Source: Octopus sinensis
Lineage: Eukaryota
Assembly: GCF_006345805.1 (NCBI RefSeq)
Contig: NC_042999.1
Span: forward strand, 135,346,001 to 135,410,000
Reading direction: 5' to 3'
Length of the DNA: 64,000 nt
Shown: positions 13,041 to 26,030 of the stretch, in pieces
How the letters are laid out: the number at the start of each line of letters is the position of its first letter
Position numbering within the stretch: position 1 is the stretch's first letter
Made by a program: the position numbers and the translations under genes
The notes under the pieces: model-generated
Seen by the model: the letters and a program-made list of their open reading frames with translations, nothing else
Told to the model about the DNA's origin: nothing
Database searches by the model: none

Positions 13041-13859
13041 AACCCCTTCTACTCTAGGCACAAGGCCCGAAATTTTTGGGCTGAATTTGAACTTAGAATA
13101 TAAGTTGTAAGAAAAACAGGTTTTCCATTGGTCTAACAATTCTGCTAGTTTGCCACCTTAAGTTGACAAGCAATAATACAAAATAAAGTGAAAAAGAGAA
13201 CCAGTGCATGTGTTTCTATTGGCCAAATAGTCGTCCAAAGATACAACATATCATTTAACACCCACTTTTCTCTACTGGGATCAGAGAAAATTTGTTAAGA
13301 CGTATTTTCTATGGTAGGATGCCCTTCCAGTTGCCAACCCTCACCTGCTTCCAAGTTAATATTTCCCATGGCTAGAGACATGTTTTTTTACAGAGGACTG
13401 GAAAGGGAAAAAATATGACTTGTGTCAATGGTACACATACATTATATATATATAATGTATGCTATACACACACATGCACATACACACACACACACAGACA
13501 GTCTTCTTCCAATTTCCACCTGTCAAATCTACTCACAGGGCCCTAGTTGGCCTGCAGCTATAGTAGAAGACAAAGGTGTCACATAGGAGGATAAACAATT
13601 TAACAGTAAGCTTTTACAAGCGATATATGTGTGTGTCTGTGTCCCCTTATCTTGACAATGATAGTTGTAACCAAATGTCACTGTCTTACAAGCAATGTAC
13701 TTTATTTCCAGTCTTCCATGAAAATATGTCCAGCCAAGAGGAAATATCACCTTGCTTGGAAATGAGGGTTGGTGACAAAGGGTATGCAGCTGTAGAAAAT
13801 CTGCCTCCACAAATTCTGTCTGACCCATACTAGTGTGGGAAAGTGGATGTTGAAACAAT

Positions 13860-14480
13860 GATGATATATATATATCATCATCATCATGTATTGTCCATGT
13901 TGTCATGGGTTGGATGGTTTGACCAGGGCTGGTAAGCTGAGGTGTTGCACCAGACTCCAGTTTGATTTGGCCTGGTTTCTATGGCTGGATGCCCTTTCTA
14001 ATGCTAACCACTCCAAGAGTATAATAGGTGCCAGTTGCATGACACCAGTATCTGCCACAACTACATTTTCATTTGGCTTGATGGGTCTTCTCAAGCACAG
14101 CATATTTCCAAAGGTCTTGGTCATTTGTTATTGCCTCTGTGAGGCCCAATGCTCAAAAGGTGCTTTTTACATGCCACTGGCATGGGCGCCAGTTATGTAA
14201 CACAACAGCCACAACTATGCTTTCACTAGGCTTGATGGGTCTTCTCATCACATGCCACCAGCACAGGTTTTAGTTATGTGACACCAACAACAGCTACAAC
14301 TATGATTTCACTTGGCTTGATGGGTCTTCTCCAGCATATTGTCAAAGGTCTCGGTTACTAGTCATTGCCCTGAGCCTCAACATTCAAAGATCATGCTTCA
14401 CCATCTCATCCCATGTCTTCTTAGGTTTCCCTCCACTGTTAGAGGTGGTTCTTCTTCACACAGCTGTCCACACCCATAGG
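13860..14480 (-). mobile_element. RTE 3' end fragment
   Basis: (CAT)n plus catgggttggatggtttgacc...gctggatgccctt tail shared with other RTE copies. Confidence 0.75.
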
Positions 14481-14659
14481 TCTGTGGAGGGAGATGAAGA
14501 GCAACTTGTGAAATTCAATCCTTGACTGAGGCAATCCTCAGCCACACATACATGCATGCACATACATATGCATACACACTTATGGTTTAATACATATTTA
14601 GATAGTGTAAGGGGTATAGGAGGAAAATGGCAATTAAGTGTTCAAACAGAAAAGTCTTA

Positions 14660-15070
14660 AATGAAAATAGAAGTTGCAATTATAAAATTGAATTTGTAAC
14701 TTGGATAGAATAACTAGATTTCTCAATAGTTCAGCATAGATATTTTCCTTTTCACTGATCTTTAGCTTTATGTTAACATCTGCTGGACAGCTGATTTCCT
14801 CAACTCTACAGTTTCTCTTCTCTATCCTAAATCACTGTCAGGTCTGTTATGTTTACATTTTATCAAGGTTTTCACTGGGAAATTCCACCCATACTCTTTA
14901 TTTTGAGTGGCTATGGCTTCTACCATACTGTGTGAGCTTATTTCTTTGGCCTCAGGGTTATCCTTCTGACAGATCTCATTGAGTAGTGTTTTTGGTATAA
15001 CATGTTTCATCAATAGATAAAATGTGATGACGTTTTCGGACAACTGCTTATGATGTAGGTGATATCTTCA
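14660..15070 (-). mobile_element. R4-like (restriction-endonuclease type) non-LTR retrotransposon C-terminal fragment
   Basis: Minus translation YIISSCPK...KEYGWNFPVKT..KCKHNRPD..., then ISCPADVNIKLKISEKENIYAELLRNL: zinc knuckle plus RPD/PD-(D/E)xK nuclease, frameshifted. Confidence 0.7.
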
Positions 15071-18000
15071 GTGTGTGTGTGTATCTATGTATGTTTGTCA
15101 TTATTCAGTTTATTTCAAGATTTCTTGCCATTAGAGAAAGAACCAGTTTCTAACTTAGATCCAAAGTTCCTTCATTGGAATTTCAACATCAACAGTATTT
15201 TTGTATGTATGTATATGTGCAGATTTGAATGTTTTGTTTTATGTATGTATTCTCATACGTATAGTTGCATATCTAGACATGCTCATATATACTTAAATGA
15301 TAAATTTGATAGTTCCAGTGATTGATTAGATCTGTAGTCTTTGAATCAGCTTTCTCCTTTCTGGTTTTGAGAAACCTAATTTCTCAATATTGATATTTAG
15401 GCAGTGTTACATACTCCAGGGCCCCAATAATTACAGGTATAAACATGTATTTAAGGTTATCATACAAGGAATGTTGCTCATATGTATGTGTCCTTCACCT
15501 AGAAGGATTCTGTGACAATAGCTTGGGGTCCCTCATTCCTAGAGGTTTTAGTGCATGCTCTGATACAAGGGTATTTATGCATTTCTGTACTTGGAATGTC
15601 ATCACATATGCTATTTAATCTACAGCTGGAACTCCGACAAGTGCTACTACCATGGGTCTGAGTAGACCTGGGAACAATAGTGGTTAAGAGGTGATTCTAC
15701 ACTCCTCAAAATCCTTGAACTCCCGAATCAGAGACCCACTACAGATGCAGTTCAAAGTTACTCTGATGTAAAACCTGCAGTTTCACACAATTACTGGTCA
15801 TCTTCCTTCAGCCCATCATGGAAACTAACGAGTCGTACTTGTGTTGTACAAGTGTTTATCACTATAATCCAATGACACATCATTCCATTAGTGACCTCAT
15901 CATTCCATCTACTGAAATTCCTGTGGTGTCGTGTGGACCAAACCAAGTGGAAGAGCACAATGAGTTACAACTTTCGTCTACTACTTATGCTTCAAACAAT
16001 CCAGATCTGCAGAAAAGTCGTCCAAGAAATCGTGGATAGAAAGTCAGAAATGTCAATTAGAATGTGGAAGCTCAAGAAGACGATAATAATTAGTGTGGAT
16101 AGAGCAATCTGTATGTATGTATGCATGCTTAGGAGATTGCTTTCCTCTGTTCGAGTGAGATTCGAAACCGGATTCACACACCTGTTGCTTGTCAGGCGAA
16201 TGTCTGATCTTGTGTGTTTTATCTCTATATTGGGAGTGTAATGAGAAATATCTGACCTCCGAGGACCTTTGGTGGTCGTGGACTGGTCAAAACATTGTTT
16301 TAGATCTGACCTACTTCCTGATCAAACATTATATAACTGAGAGCATCTCTCTCTCGCCCTCTTCGGTTTTGAACCAGCTAATTGAGATCGTCTCTCTCTC
16401 TCTCTTTCTTCGATTGCAGCCGGTTAACCGAGAGCACAACATCAGGTGAATGAAAAGAGACCATGCAATTCTTACCCCTTCTTCCTCTCTGTCAATAGAC
16501 AGTACTTGGCTTCCATACACAGCTTCCAACACACATTTTTGTCATTGTCATTTATTTACAATTACTACTAATCTGTCTTACTAACTACTTCTGGCAAATA
16601 AAGTCTGTGAATATTATTCTTTTCTTTTTGATGTTGTTATGACGCTGCCTCATCCTACTTTCGACGATCTACTTGAAGCGACTAACGAGAGACAAGAATC
16701 GCTATTTCTACATCAAGTAACTTTTCATCTGTACGATATGATTGGTAACTCCGACGTGACCCTGTACATTACATTTGACGGCTTCAGCGTAAGAAATATA
16801 TTTTATCGGTTTATATATATATACACACACGCCAGCAATGCTGACAGTGGTTACCTACTGGTGTTGGACAAATTTCGTCTGCTGTTGATTTTTTATGTTT
16901 CTAAGCCCTAAACCTCTATACGAAATACTCTCTCAAGACAAATCCCCGTTAACTAGTATACAAAGATTGCGCTTCGGTAATAAATTATACTGTTTCCAAA
17001 GCTAATATCTAATGTGTGTACATATCAAATGTAATTGTGCAGATTTACCCTTCATCAGGCAGTTGGGGGAAGCATGTGCGAATTAATGTAAGGGATGCAA
17101 CTCCGTAGCTATTAGTTGCTTCCCTGGTGTCGGTATTTTTAATTCGTGTAATCTATCAGTTGTTTGTAGAAATGCTCCCGCATAAACGGAAGAAAATCTT
17201 AAAACTAGGAAGGTTAGTTGTTGTGTGTGTACGTTTTTATGCAACTTATTTTTTTGCACCTTCTCAACAAGAAAATTAGCTATTTTGGTATCAGAGGGCA
17301 TGTGATGACCACTAGCACAAACACTTTTATCTTAGTTTATAAAATCAAAGACCACATTTGATTAACAGTTCGATATAATTAAATGCTAGTTTCTCATTGG
17401 GTAAAAGAATAATAAAAGCATAAGGTTTTGAAAAAAATATTCTAACACCGTTATTTTTTTTTGTTTTGTTTTTCGAGAATTTTACATTCAAAACCGGAAC
17501 AATATAGGAGGGGAAATAACTCATGTTTTTATATTCCTCTTATCTGGCTTTCAGGGACCCAGGAATATTGTGCAATATCCTGCTGTACCCTACTGAATTG
17601 AGTAAATAGAGCTTGTTTTTTAAGTTGGTTTATTGCATACTGTGCGTTAAAAATAGTTATGTTCTTTACTTTTTAAAGTTAATTGATGAAGCTCAAAAAA
17701 TTCCCTAGTTTACAATTGTATTAGTTGTACCTGATAAATAAAATATTCTTTTCTCCGTTTAATTTTCCTCTGATAAACACTTATGCTGTATTCATGGTAG
17801 AGTATGATATATTATAAGAATATAGGTGGATTAATAAATATCAAAAGAGGCCTTACTTAGAAATGTACTAATATAATTCTAGGTTAATGTTTACATCTTG
17901 ACCCGGAAATGAAAATAAAAAAAATATTGGAATGGGTGTAAAACAATGTGTAGGAATCGAATATGAAAAAAAAAATGTGCGGAAAGGAACGGGTAGGTGA

Positions 18001-18504
18001 GGAGAGGACTTCGGAAACTTCACAAGATCCGAGTTTTCCCCTCATAACTTTCAGGAAAATGTTTTTTTTTTCAATGAAATGTTATAGAAATACCATTCAA
18101 ACGACATACATTACGATTTTAAAGTAATTTGTGGGGAAAATCTTTTCCAAAGGGTGGGGAGATGACTTCGGAAAATTCACAAGATCCAAGTTTTTCCTCA
18201 TAACTGTATATATGTGTGTGTGTGTGTATATATATATGTGTGTGTATGTGTATATATATGTGTGTATGTATGTATATTTATATGAATATATATGTATGTA
18301 TATAATGTATATATATAGAGATTATCTATCTCTATATAGAGAGAGAAAGAAAGTAATAACGAGTGAATGAGAATAACGACAAAGGGTTTAAAAAGCGTAA
18401 AAATAATTGAAAATGAAGCAAAATGAATTTGAATCAAACTGTTTTGATCTATATATGTAACTCCCAATAAATTGGTTGAATGCCTTCTTTCATTCGTCCA
18501 CTCA

Positions 18505-18546
<42 letters not shown>

Positions 18547-18957
18547 TATATACACATACACACATATGAATAATGACTATATATTTATACACACACATAT
18601 ATTTGTATAAATGTATGCTTGCAGTAAACCTTATGGAAGTATAAACTTAACAGATAACCTGTTTGTTTGTACAATTTCAGATAGCCACTGATTATGTGAA
18701 CACTTTCTAAACTCAATATCTAATCCCTTCTAGGGATTAGGCATTGATCTCAGATGTACATCTGCATGTGTATGCTGGTATATGCATTACTGGCAGTACT
18801 TGCACTGATGGTGCACCCTGTGTCCTGAATGTCCATACATATGCATGTGTGGATGTTTGTTTACATTTCTGAAATCAATAAAATCTGTAAAATATCTTAT
18901 TCTTTACTTGGAAGAAAAAAATATTTTCAAAACACAAGAGCTTAATATTTAATTTCA

Positions 18958-18997
<40 letters not shown>

Positions 18998-19003
<6 letters not shown>

Positions 19004-19395
19004 CATCATCATCATCATCGTTTAACGTCCGTTCTCCATGCTAGCATGGGCTGGACGGTTCGACCGGGGGATCTGGGAAGCCAGAAGGCTGCACCAGGCT
19101 CCGGTCTTATCTGGCAAAGTTTCTACAGCTGGATGCCCTTCCTAACGCCAGGTCCAACATTTCTCTCAGGGTACTAACACTCTGTCGAGCATGCACACTG
19201 ACATTACACATCCATCGGAGCATACTGGCTTCATTTCTCGCAAGCTTATGCATGTCCTCAGCAGTCACGGCCCATATTTTCCTGCCATGTAGCATGGCTG
19301 TTCGTACACATGCATCATACAGTCTGCCTTTTACTCTGAGTGAGAGGCCTTTAGTCACCAGCAGAGGTAAGAGCTCCCTAAACTTTGCCCAGGCT
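18998..19395 (-). mobile_element. Internally deleted RTE fragment
   Basis: AWAKFRELLPLL...LRWMCNVS coding piece joined directly to the 3' tail at ~19150. Confidence 0.85.
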
Positions 19396-19835
19396 ACATA
19401 TATATACATACATATATATATATATATATATATGCCAGCATAGAAGGTGATGATGATATTTATATATATATATATAAAGTATATGATTTAACTTATCAAA
19501 CACAGTTCAACAAATTCATTATGTAAATGGATATTTATGTAAATGTAAGATGCTAAAATGGATTATAGTTTTTATTTCTTATGTTGCTATATAATTTGTT
19601 TCATACAGAAAGACAGGGATATTCAGAAAGTACTCGTTGGTAGCTAAGATGAAAACTAAAAAGACATTAGAATTACATGGGTATGGTGTTATTAATCATT
19701 TTGTAATGTGTTCTTGTTCTTGGAGTTATGTCTATTTTAAACAAGACTTAATAACACCATAAACTTAGAACTTAGATATGTTTCGACCAGAGATTGGTCC
19801 AGGCCATGTCTAACTTAATAGCACCACCTGTATTC

Positions 19836-19988
19836 TTTCAGTTTCTGTCTATCAAATCCACTCACAAGGCTTTGGTTGGCCTGAGGCTATAGTAGAAGAC
19901 ACTTGCCCAAAAGTGCCACGCAGTGGGACTGAACCTGGAACCATGTGGTTAGTAAGCAAGCTACTTATCACACAGCCACTCCTGCATC

Positions 19989-19990
<2 letters not shown>
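19836..19990 (-). mobile_element. tRNA-derived SINE family A, head only
   Basis: Matches the 5' half of the copy at 42853-43268. Confidence 0.8.
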
Positions 19991-20054
<64 letters not shown>

Positions 20055-20128
20055 ATTAGGGAGTAAATCCAAACTTACAGGGAAAAATTAGATTTAGGAT
20101 TAAATCTAATTTTATAGTATAAATATAT

Positions 20129-20654
20129 ATTATATTAAATTAGAGATAAAACCACTATTAGGCAAATCAAACAGTGAAAATCATAAGCCAATACATAGAA
20201 ATAAAATTAATTAAAAAATATGTAAAAAATATAAAATATAAAATATAAAAATCCAATTAAAATATTTAAATTAAAATTAAAATTTTAAAAAAATTTATTT
20301 AAATTAATAATTTAAACTTATAAATTAAAATATATATATATTTTTATTATTATTTTATTTAATTTTTTCTGTTTTCTTTTTAATACTATCAAAAAGTATT
20401 AAAAGTTTAAATAAATAAAAAAATAATTAAATAAAATAATAATAAAAATATATATATATTTGTAAGTTTAAATTATTAATTTAAATCATTTTTTAAAAAA
20501 TTTTAACTTTAATTTAAATATTTTAATTGGATTTTTATATTTTATATTTTATATTTTTTATATATTTTTTAATTAATTTTATTTCTACGTATTGGCTTAT
20601 GATTTCCACTGTTTGATTTGCCTAATAGTGGTTTTATCTCTAATTTAATATAAT
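20129..20654. repeat. ~525-bp AT-rich inverted repeat
   Basis: ttagagataaaaccactattaggcaaatcaaacagtg... is mirrored by ...cactgtttgatttgcctaatagtggttttatctctaa. Confidence 0.92.
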
Positions 20655-21100
20655 CATCATCATCATCATCATCATAGTTTAACGTCCGCTTTCCATGCTA
20701 GCATGGGTTGGACGGTTCAACTGGGGTCTGGCAAGCCCGAAGGCTGCACCAGGCCAGTCAGATCTGGCAGTGTTTCTACAGCTGGATGCCCTTCCTAACG
20801 CCAACCACTCCGAGAGTGTAGTGGGTGATTTTATGTGCCACCAACACAGGTGCCAGACGAGGCTGGCAGACGGCCACGCTCTGATGGTGTTTTTTATGTG
20901 CCACCGACACAGGTGCCAGACGAGGCTGGCGAACGGCCACGCTCGGATGGTATTTGTTACGTGCCCTCAGCACGGAGGCCAGTCGATGCGGTACTGGCTA
21001 CGGTCACGTTCGGATGGTTTTCTTATGTGCCACCGGCACTGGTACCACAAGGATACAAATTCCATTGATGTTCATCTATTTTGGTTTGATTTGATTTGAA
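20655..21100 (-). mobile_element. RTE 3' UTR with tandem tgccacc-containing units
   Basis: Same tail as 32980-33400 in reverse; (CAT)n at 20655. Confidence 0.8.
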
Positions 21101-21107
21101 ATATATT

Positions 21108-21505
21108 TTACTCTTTTCAGACATTTGACTGTGGCCATGCCAGAACACTGCCTTTAGTCAAGCAAATTGACTCCAGGACTTATTCTTTGTAAGCCTAGTA
21201 CTTATTCTATCGGTCTCTTTTTGCCGAACCACTAAGTTACGGGGGACGTAAACACACCAGCATCGGTTGTCAAGCGATATTGGGGGGACAAATACAGACG
21301 CACAAACATATACACACACGCATACATATATATATATCTACAAAGGACTTCTTTCAGTTTCTGTCTACCAAATCCACTCACAAGGCTTTGGTCGGCCTGA
21401 GGCTATAGTAGAAGACACTTGCCCAAAGGTGCCACGTAGTGGGACTGAACCTGGAACCATGTGGTTGGTAATCAAGCTACTTATCACACAGCCACTCCTG
21501 CATCT
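21108..21505 (-). mobile_element. tRNA-derived SINE family A, full length
   Basis: Reverse complement of the 42853-43268 type. Confidence 0.85.
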
Positions 21506-21589
21506 ATATATATATATATATATATATACATATGCAGTGGTTATTTTAAGCAGTGTCGATTTTTACAATTCTGTAAATAATAATAATAA

Positions 21590-21797
21590 TAGTATTTTAT
21601 AAGCTTAAAGCTTATAAGTAATCAGCGCGCAATGACTAAAGAAAATAGTCAAATAATGGGCCATATAAGCCCTTGACAGACTAAAGTAAGTTTACTCATA
21701 TGCGTGGGGCTCAAACCCACACCCCTTTGTTTATGCGACCAAGTGTGCATCTGTTACACCAATGCACAAACTTGCTTCTTTTGGAGGGCATTTGCTA

Positions 21798-21845
<48 letters not shown>

Positions 21846-21984
21846 ATACATAATAGCTTAAAGCTTATAAGGGATCACAGCACAATGACTTTTCCTGCTG
21901 AGGGCTTATATGCCCCATTATTAGACTATTTTCTTTAGTCATTGCACGGTAATCCCTTATAAACTTTAACCTTATAAAATACTA
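21590..21984. repeat. Inverted-repeat element enclosing a tRNA-like segment
   Basis: 21590-21673 mirrors 21901-21984; minus-strand tggtgtaacag...gggtttgagcccc at ~21697-21766. Confidence 0.75.
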
Positions 21985-21994
21985 TTATATATAT

Positions 21995-22039
<45 letters not shown>

Positions 22040-22261
22040 ATGTGTGTGCAGGTGGCACGTAAAAAGCACCCACTACACTCGCGGAGTGGTTGGCGTTAGG
22101 AAGGGCATCCAGCCGTAGAAACACTGCCAGATCTGACTGGGCCTGACGAAGCCTTCCAGCTTCACAGACCCCAGTTGACCCGTCCAACCCATGCTAGCAT
22201 GGAAAACGGACGCTAAACGATGATGATGATGATGATGATGATATGTATGTATGTATGTGAC

Positions 22262-22482
22262 CGCATGTGTACCGTTGGCGAATTTTTTCCTCCATCCTCC
22301 CTTCTCTAGATCTTTCCTTTTCCTATGTTTCTGACGAAGAGATCCACTCGAAACGTAAAACCCTCCTTCTTCCCTTCCTTCCTGAGCATCCAATAATACT
22401 ATATTTGTTCCATGTTCTCACGTTGTTGTGTTTTCTCTTGGTGTTTTCATGTTTGGATTAACTATATATATATACATACATA
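22262..22482 (+). mobile_element. Microsatellite-flanked Penelope-type pLTR fragment
   Basis: A second copy lies in reverse at 54033-54220; contains a hammerhead core. Confidence 0.65.
22327..22361 (+). ncRNA. Minimal type I hammerhead ribozyme motif
   Basis: gttt-CTGACGA-a-gag-atcca-ctc-GAAAC-GTA-aaac: stem I gttt/aaac, stem II gag/ctc, self-complementary ACGT in place of stem III. Confidence 0.7.
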
Positions 22483-22610
22483 CATACATATACATATATA
22501 TATATTATTATTATATATATTACGTATATATTATTATATATATATATATATATATGTTATTATATATATATATATAATATTGTATATATATATTATATAT
22601 ATATATATAA

Positions 22611-22885
22611 TACTACCAAACGCCTCCTGTCCATTGGATGGTTTGTTTAGATGAAGGGGTTAACTTGAATAGTGTTATGGAAGTTTTAATCATCTGAGGG
22701 ACAGGCCATAAGGATTACAAAAATAACGATTCTCACTTTGAAATTGACAATTTTGAAAATCTTTTTAGATTACGGTACACTCCACTCTCTCATGTATTCA
22801 TGTTTAAAATTTCAGCGTGATCAGATGAACAATACTTGAGTTTTAAGCGCACAAACAGACAGACAGAATGGGATTTATATATTAT
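22611..22885 (-). mobile_element. Non-autonomous Helitron-like element
   Basis: aaatttcagcgtgatcagatg...acaaacagacagacag...tttatatat end resembles short invertebrate Helitron derivatives; lies between TA repeats. Confidence 0.45.
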
Positions 22886-24203
22886 ATTATATATATATAT
22901 ATGAGAGATTTCTTTCAGTTTCTATGAACTAACTATGAACTAAGTTCACTTGCAAGGCTTTAGTTTGCTTGGTGTTATAGTAGGAGTTACTTGCTTAAGA
23001 TGCAACACTGTAGGTCTGAACCTGAAACCATGTAGTGTGGGTGTGTATTCTCAAACACTAGATAAGTACTAAACATGAACAGAAAATCAAAGCAAACCAT
23101 GGAAAAGTCCAAAGTGGAAACACCATTTTCCAATATTAATGTATGTATGTATATATATACATATTATGTATGTATGTATACATATATGTATATATCATCA
23201 ATTTACAAGCTTAAATCAGTGTTTATGATATTTCAATCAAATCTCTAAATAGCATTTTAAATTATAATAAAAGTGTATTTTTGTCATTCATTTTTATTAT
23301 TCTACATTTATTCAAGTTGGAAAAGGGTACGGTTTTAAGTGATACTATTATGGAAGTGAAGAACACTGAATATTGAAGTGATGGAAATTTTAGAATGAAG
23401 AATGATATAAAGTTGTTTTGAAATGTAAGTCATACTTTTAAACAAAATGATCATATCGCTCTGTGAGCAGAAAAAGTAAGATCAGTCTGGTTAGTTTTTA
23501 CTTTTCATAGTGCGTCATTAAAGAAAGAAAGACCAACCCCATCTTCTCATCTACAGTGTAACCCCTTTGGTTACTTTTCACAGAATTCGAAAGGTATAGC
23601 TTACACTTCAGACTATTAAAAACTGTTATATAGTACACAATGAATTTATTGATCAAGTCTTATCTTCATAAAGCTGACCAGAATACAGAGGAATTATTAA
23701 TGTCTGCAAATTTTCAAAATGCATATTGAAAAATTAAGTGAACAAAAAGAATGGAGGATTAACCTTGAGCCAGTCATACATTGTCTGTTTTCTCTGGTAT
23801 TAATAGAAAATATAGAAGCAAAAGATTTTGCTTCTACAGCTGAACACAGCTGTAGAATAAAACACAACAAATACTACTGATTAAATAATATTTATAATTT
23901 ATAATGTTGTCCATGGATTACAAAATGTTGAATTGATTTGAATTAATAGTTAATTAGAAATAAAAATGGTTTTATCAGATTTAAGTCTTTGTATGATAGA
24001 GGCTTACTTCAAGTGTTTGTACAATGTTTAAAGGATAATAGCAGGAAATTATTGTATTCATGACCAAAAGATTAAAATAATCAATAATCCATGTCCAAAA
24101 TATTTCTAACTTAGTTTTAGTTTAAATTTGGATGTTAGAAACAGAAAAGAACTGTTTAAGTTGTCCAGAATTAGCACAGCGGCAACTGTACATCATAAAA
24201 GCC

Positions 24204-24240
<37 letters not shown>

Positions 24241-24924
24241 ATATATATATAAATAACACAGATTGCATTAAATGGTGTGTGTGTATGTGTGTGTATATAT
24301 ATATATATATATACACATATATACATATATGTGTGTGTGTGTGTAATTTTCTGGTAAGATGATAACAAGAGCTATAATAATAATACTAATTATAAATATT
24401 TTGTAAGTTTTTCTGGTTGTTTTTAGGTTAGCAATAAAGAATTTTAGTTGATCCTTTAGTCAAGAAGAAAAAAAATTATTCATAGTGGATATTTAAAAAA
24501 GGAAATGTTGCAGAATTAATATTGTCCAAACTGTAAACCTGTTGTTTATATTTTAGTAAAAGCTTTTTAAAGAGATAAAACCCATTATAATTGAATAATT
24601 AGAGTTTTCTGGGTCAAAGGAAGTACTCCTTGAGTTAAGAGCTGTGTAATTAAGTTGTTTGAATGGAAACAAAAATCATTGAAGTATTGGTTATTTAGTC
24701 ATTAATGAATGTAACAGACACCCGCACTCTCTCTTTCTCATTGTTTGGTCTCCATTTCAAACACTGAACAACTGTAGAAAGCCTTCTTTCTCCCTCTTTT
24801 GCTTTCTCTCCCTTTCTCATTTACTCTCTCTTTCTCTCACTCTTTCTCTCTCCTTCTCTTTCCTTGTACTCTCTCTCTCTGATTTTATATAAAGTTTAAT
24901 CATTAACTTTTAAGTGAATCTGAT

Positions 24925-25200
24925 TCATTTTGGGTTTTCACTAGATATTGACTTTCGTCTATGTTTCCTTCGCTTTTTGTGTGGTTTTGAGTTGTCACAT
25001 GTATGAAGGATATTTTCGAATGCTTTCATTAAATGATCGTAACGTAAACTCCGATTGCTTGTGACATTCACCAGTTTTGTACTGTTCAAATAATACCATC
25101 TTGACCGAACATTATGCAGCTGACGATGTAATCTTTTCAGGCCTTTTGCAATTTTTTCAATTTTCTGACAAAACCTTAGTTTCTTCTTCTTCCTTTTACA
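24925..25200 (-). CDS. Exon 7 (last) of unrecognised 412-aa gene: CKRKKKKLRFCQK...SSENPK-stop
   Basis: tttcag acceptor at 25202-25201; phase 0, matching exon 6. Confidence 0.82.
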   Translation of the reverse strand, partial: CKRKKKKLRFCQKIEKIAKGLKRLHRQLHNVRSRWYYLNSTKLVNVTSNRSLRYDHLMKAFENILHTCDNSKPHKKRRKHRRKSISSENPK

Positions 25201-25410
25201 CTGAAACATGTAAAAAAAAAGTATTATTTTTTAATAATGACTTGCTAATGGAGAAGGGCATTTTACAATGAAACATTCACTAGGAAACTAGTCAAGTGAC
25301 TACAATTTAATTGGTCTTTATAAAATATTATTAGAATCACAAGATTAATTCAAAATGTTAAACTAAGCGAGGGCATTAAATTCAGGGGCGTATATTCCGG
25401 GTGTGCTAGG

Positions 25411-25459
<49 letters not shown>

Positions 25460-25463
<4 letters not shown>

Positions 25464-25690
25464 TATTCAGACAAATACATAACAAAAACACCAGGACTTA
25501 CAAACACATATAACATACAGAAAATTGCACTACTAGGCACTGCACACATCCTACGCAGAACACTTTCCATACAATAACCATCAGAGCATCACAACAAATC
25601 ACAGCACATACCCAAGGCACACAGAGCTGCGCTCGGTAGTGAAGTGAAAGCACGCTATAAAAATAAAACTACTGAATAATAATAATAATG
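25460..25690 (+). mobile_element. 3' end of an R4-like retrotransposon with (TAA)n tail
   Basis: DKYITKTPGLTNTYNIQKIALLGTAHILRRTLSIQ-stop; TAA repeats on both sides. Confidence 0.7.
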
Positions 25691-25691
25691 A

Positions 25692-26030
25692 AATTATTGT
25701 ATACAGTGCTCAGGTGCACCACAACTTGTCAGAGTATATGCAGTAATGTACAAATGTCTGGAAAGCGAACAATGCATGAGTCAGATACATGCTTGTGTGT
25801 GTATGGAGGGGAGAAAATCAGGTGTAGTGTTGGCGAATCTCAGAAAGCATGGAAGTTTTGAAGGATGCAGTGCTCCGACAACTAACAACTGATGCTGGCA
25901 GTTTGTTCCATGCTTCAGCAACTCTCAGCGTGAAAAAATGTTTCCTGAAGTCATGGGAGCTGTGCTGTTTTCTGACTTTGTAAATATGTCCACGGGTGTT
26001 AGATGGGTGGAGTATGTGCTGCACACTCAT
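25692..26030 (-). mobile_element. CR1-clade LINE 3' end
   Basis: NTRGHIYKVRK...RKHFFTLRVAEAWNKLPASVV...FK is the CR1 ORF2 C-terminal signature. Confidence 0.8.

Noticed and set aside
14822-15043. 73-aa minus ORF as a possible host exon
   Set aside because: Adjacent frames complete an R4-like zinc knuckle and RPD nuclease remnant
15818-16039. 73-aa + strand ORF
   Set aside because: No recognisable domain or linked exons; the length is compatible with chance
20825-21050. CRISPR-like repeat-spacer appearance
   Set aside because: Eukaryotic context; units are degenerate, spacers are related to each other, and the array is part of the RTE 3' UTR
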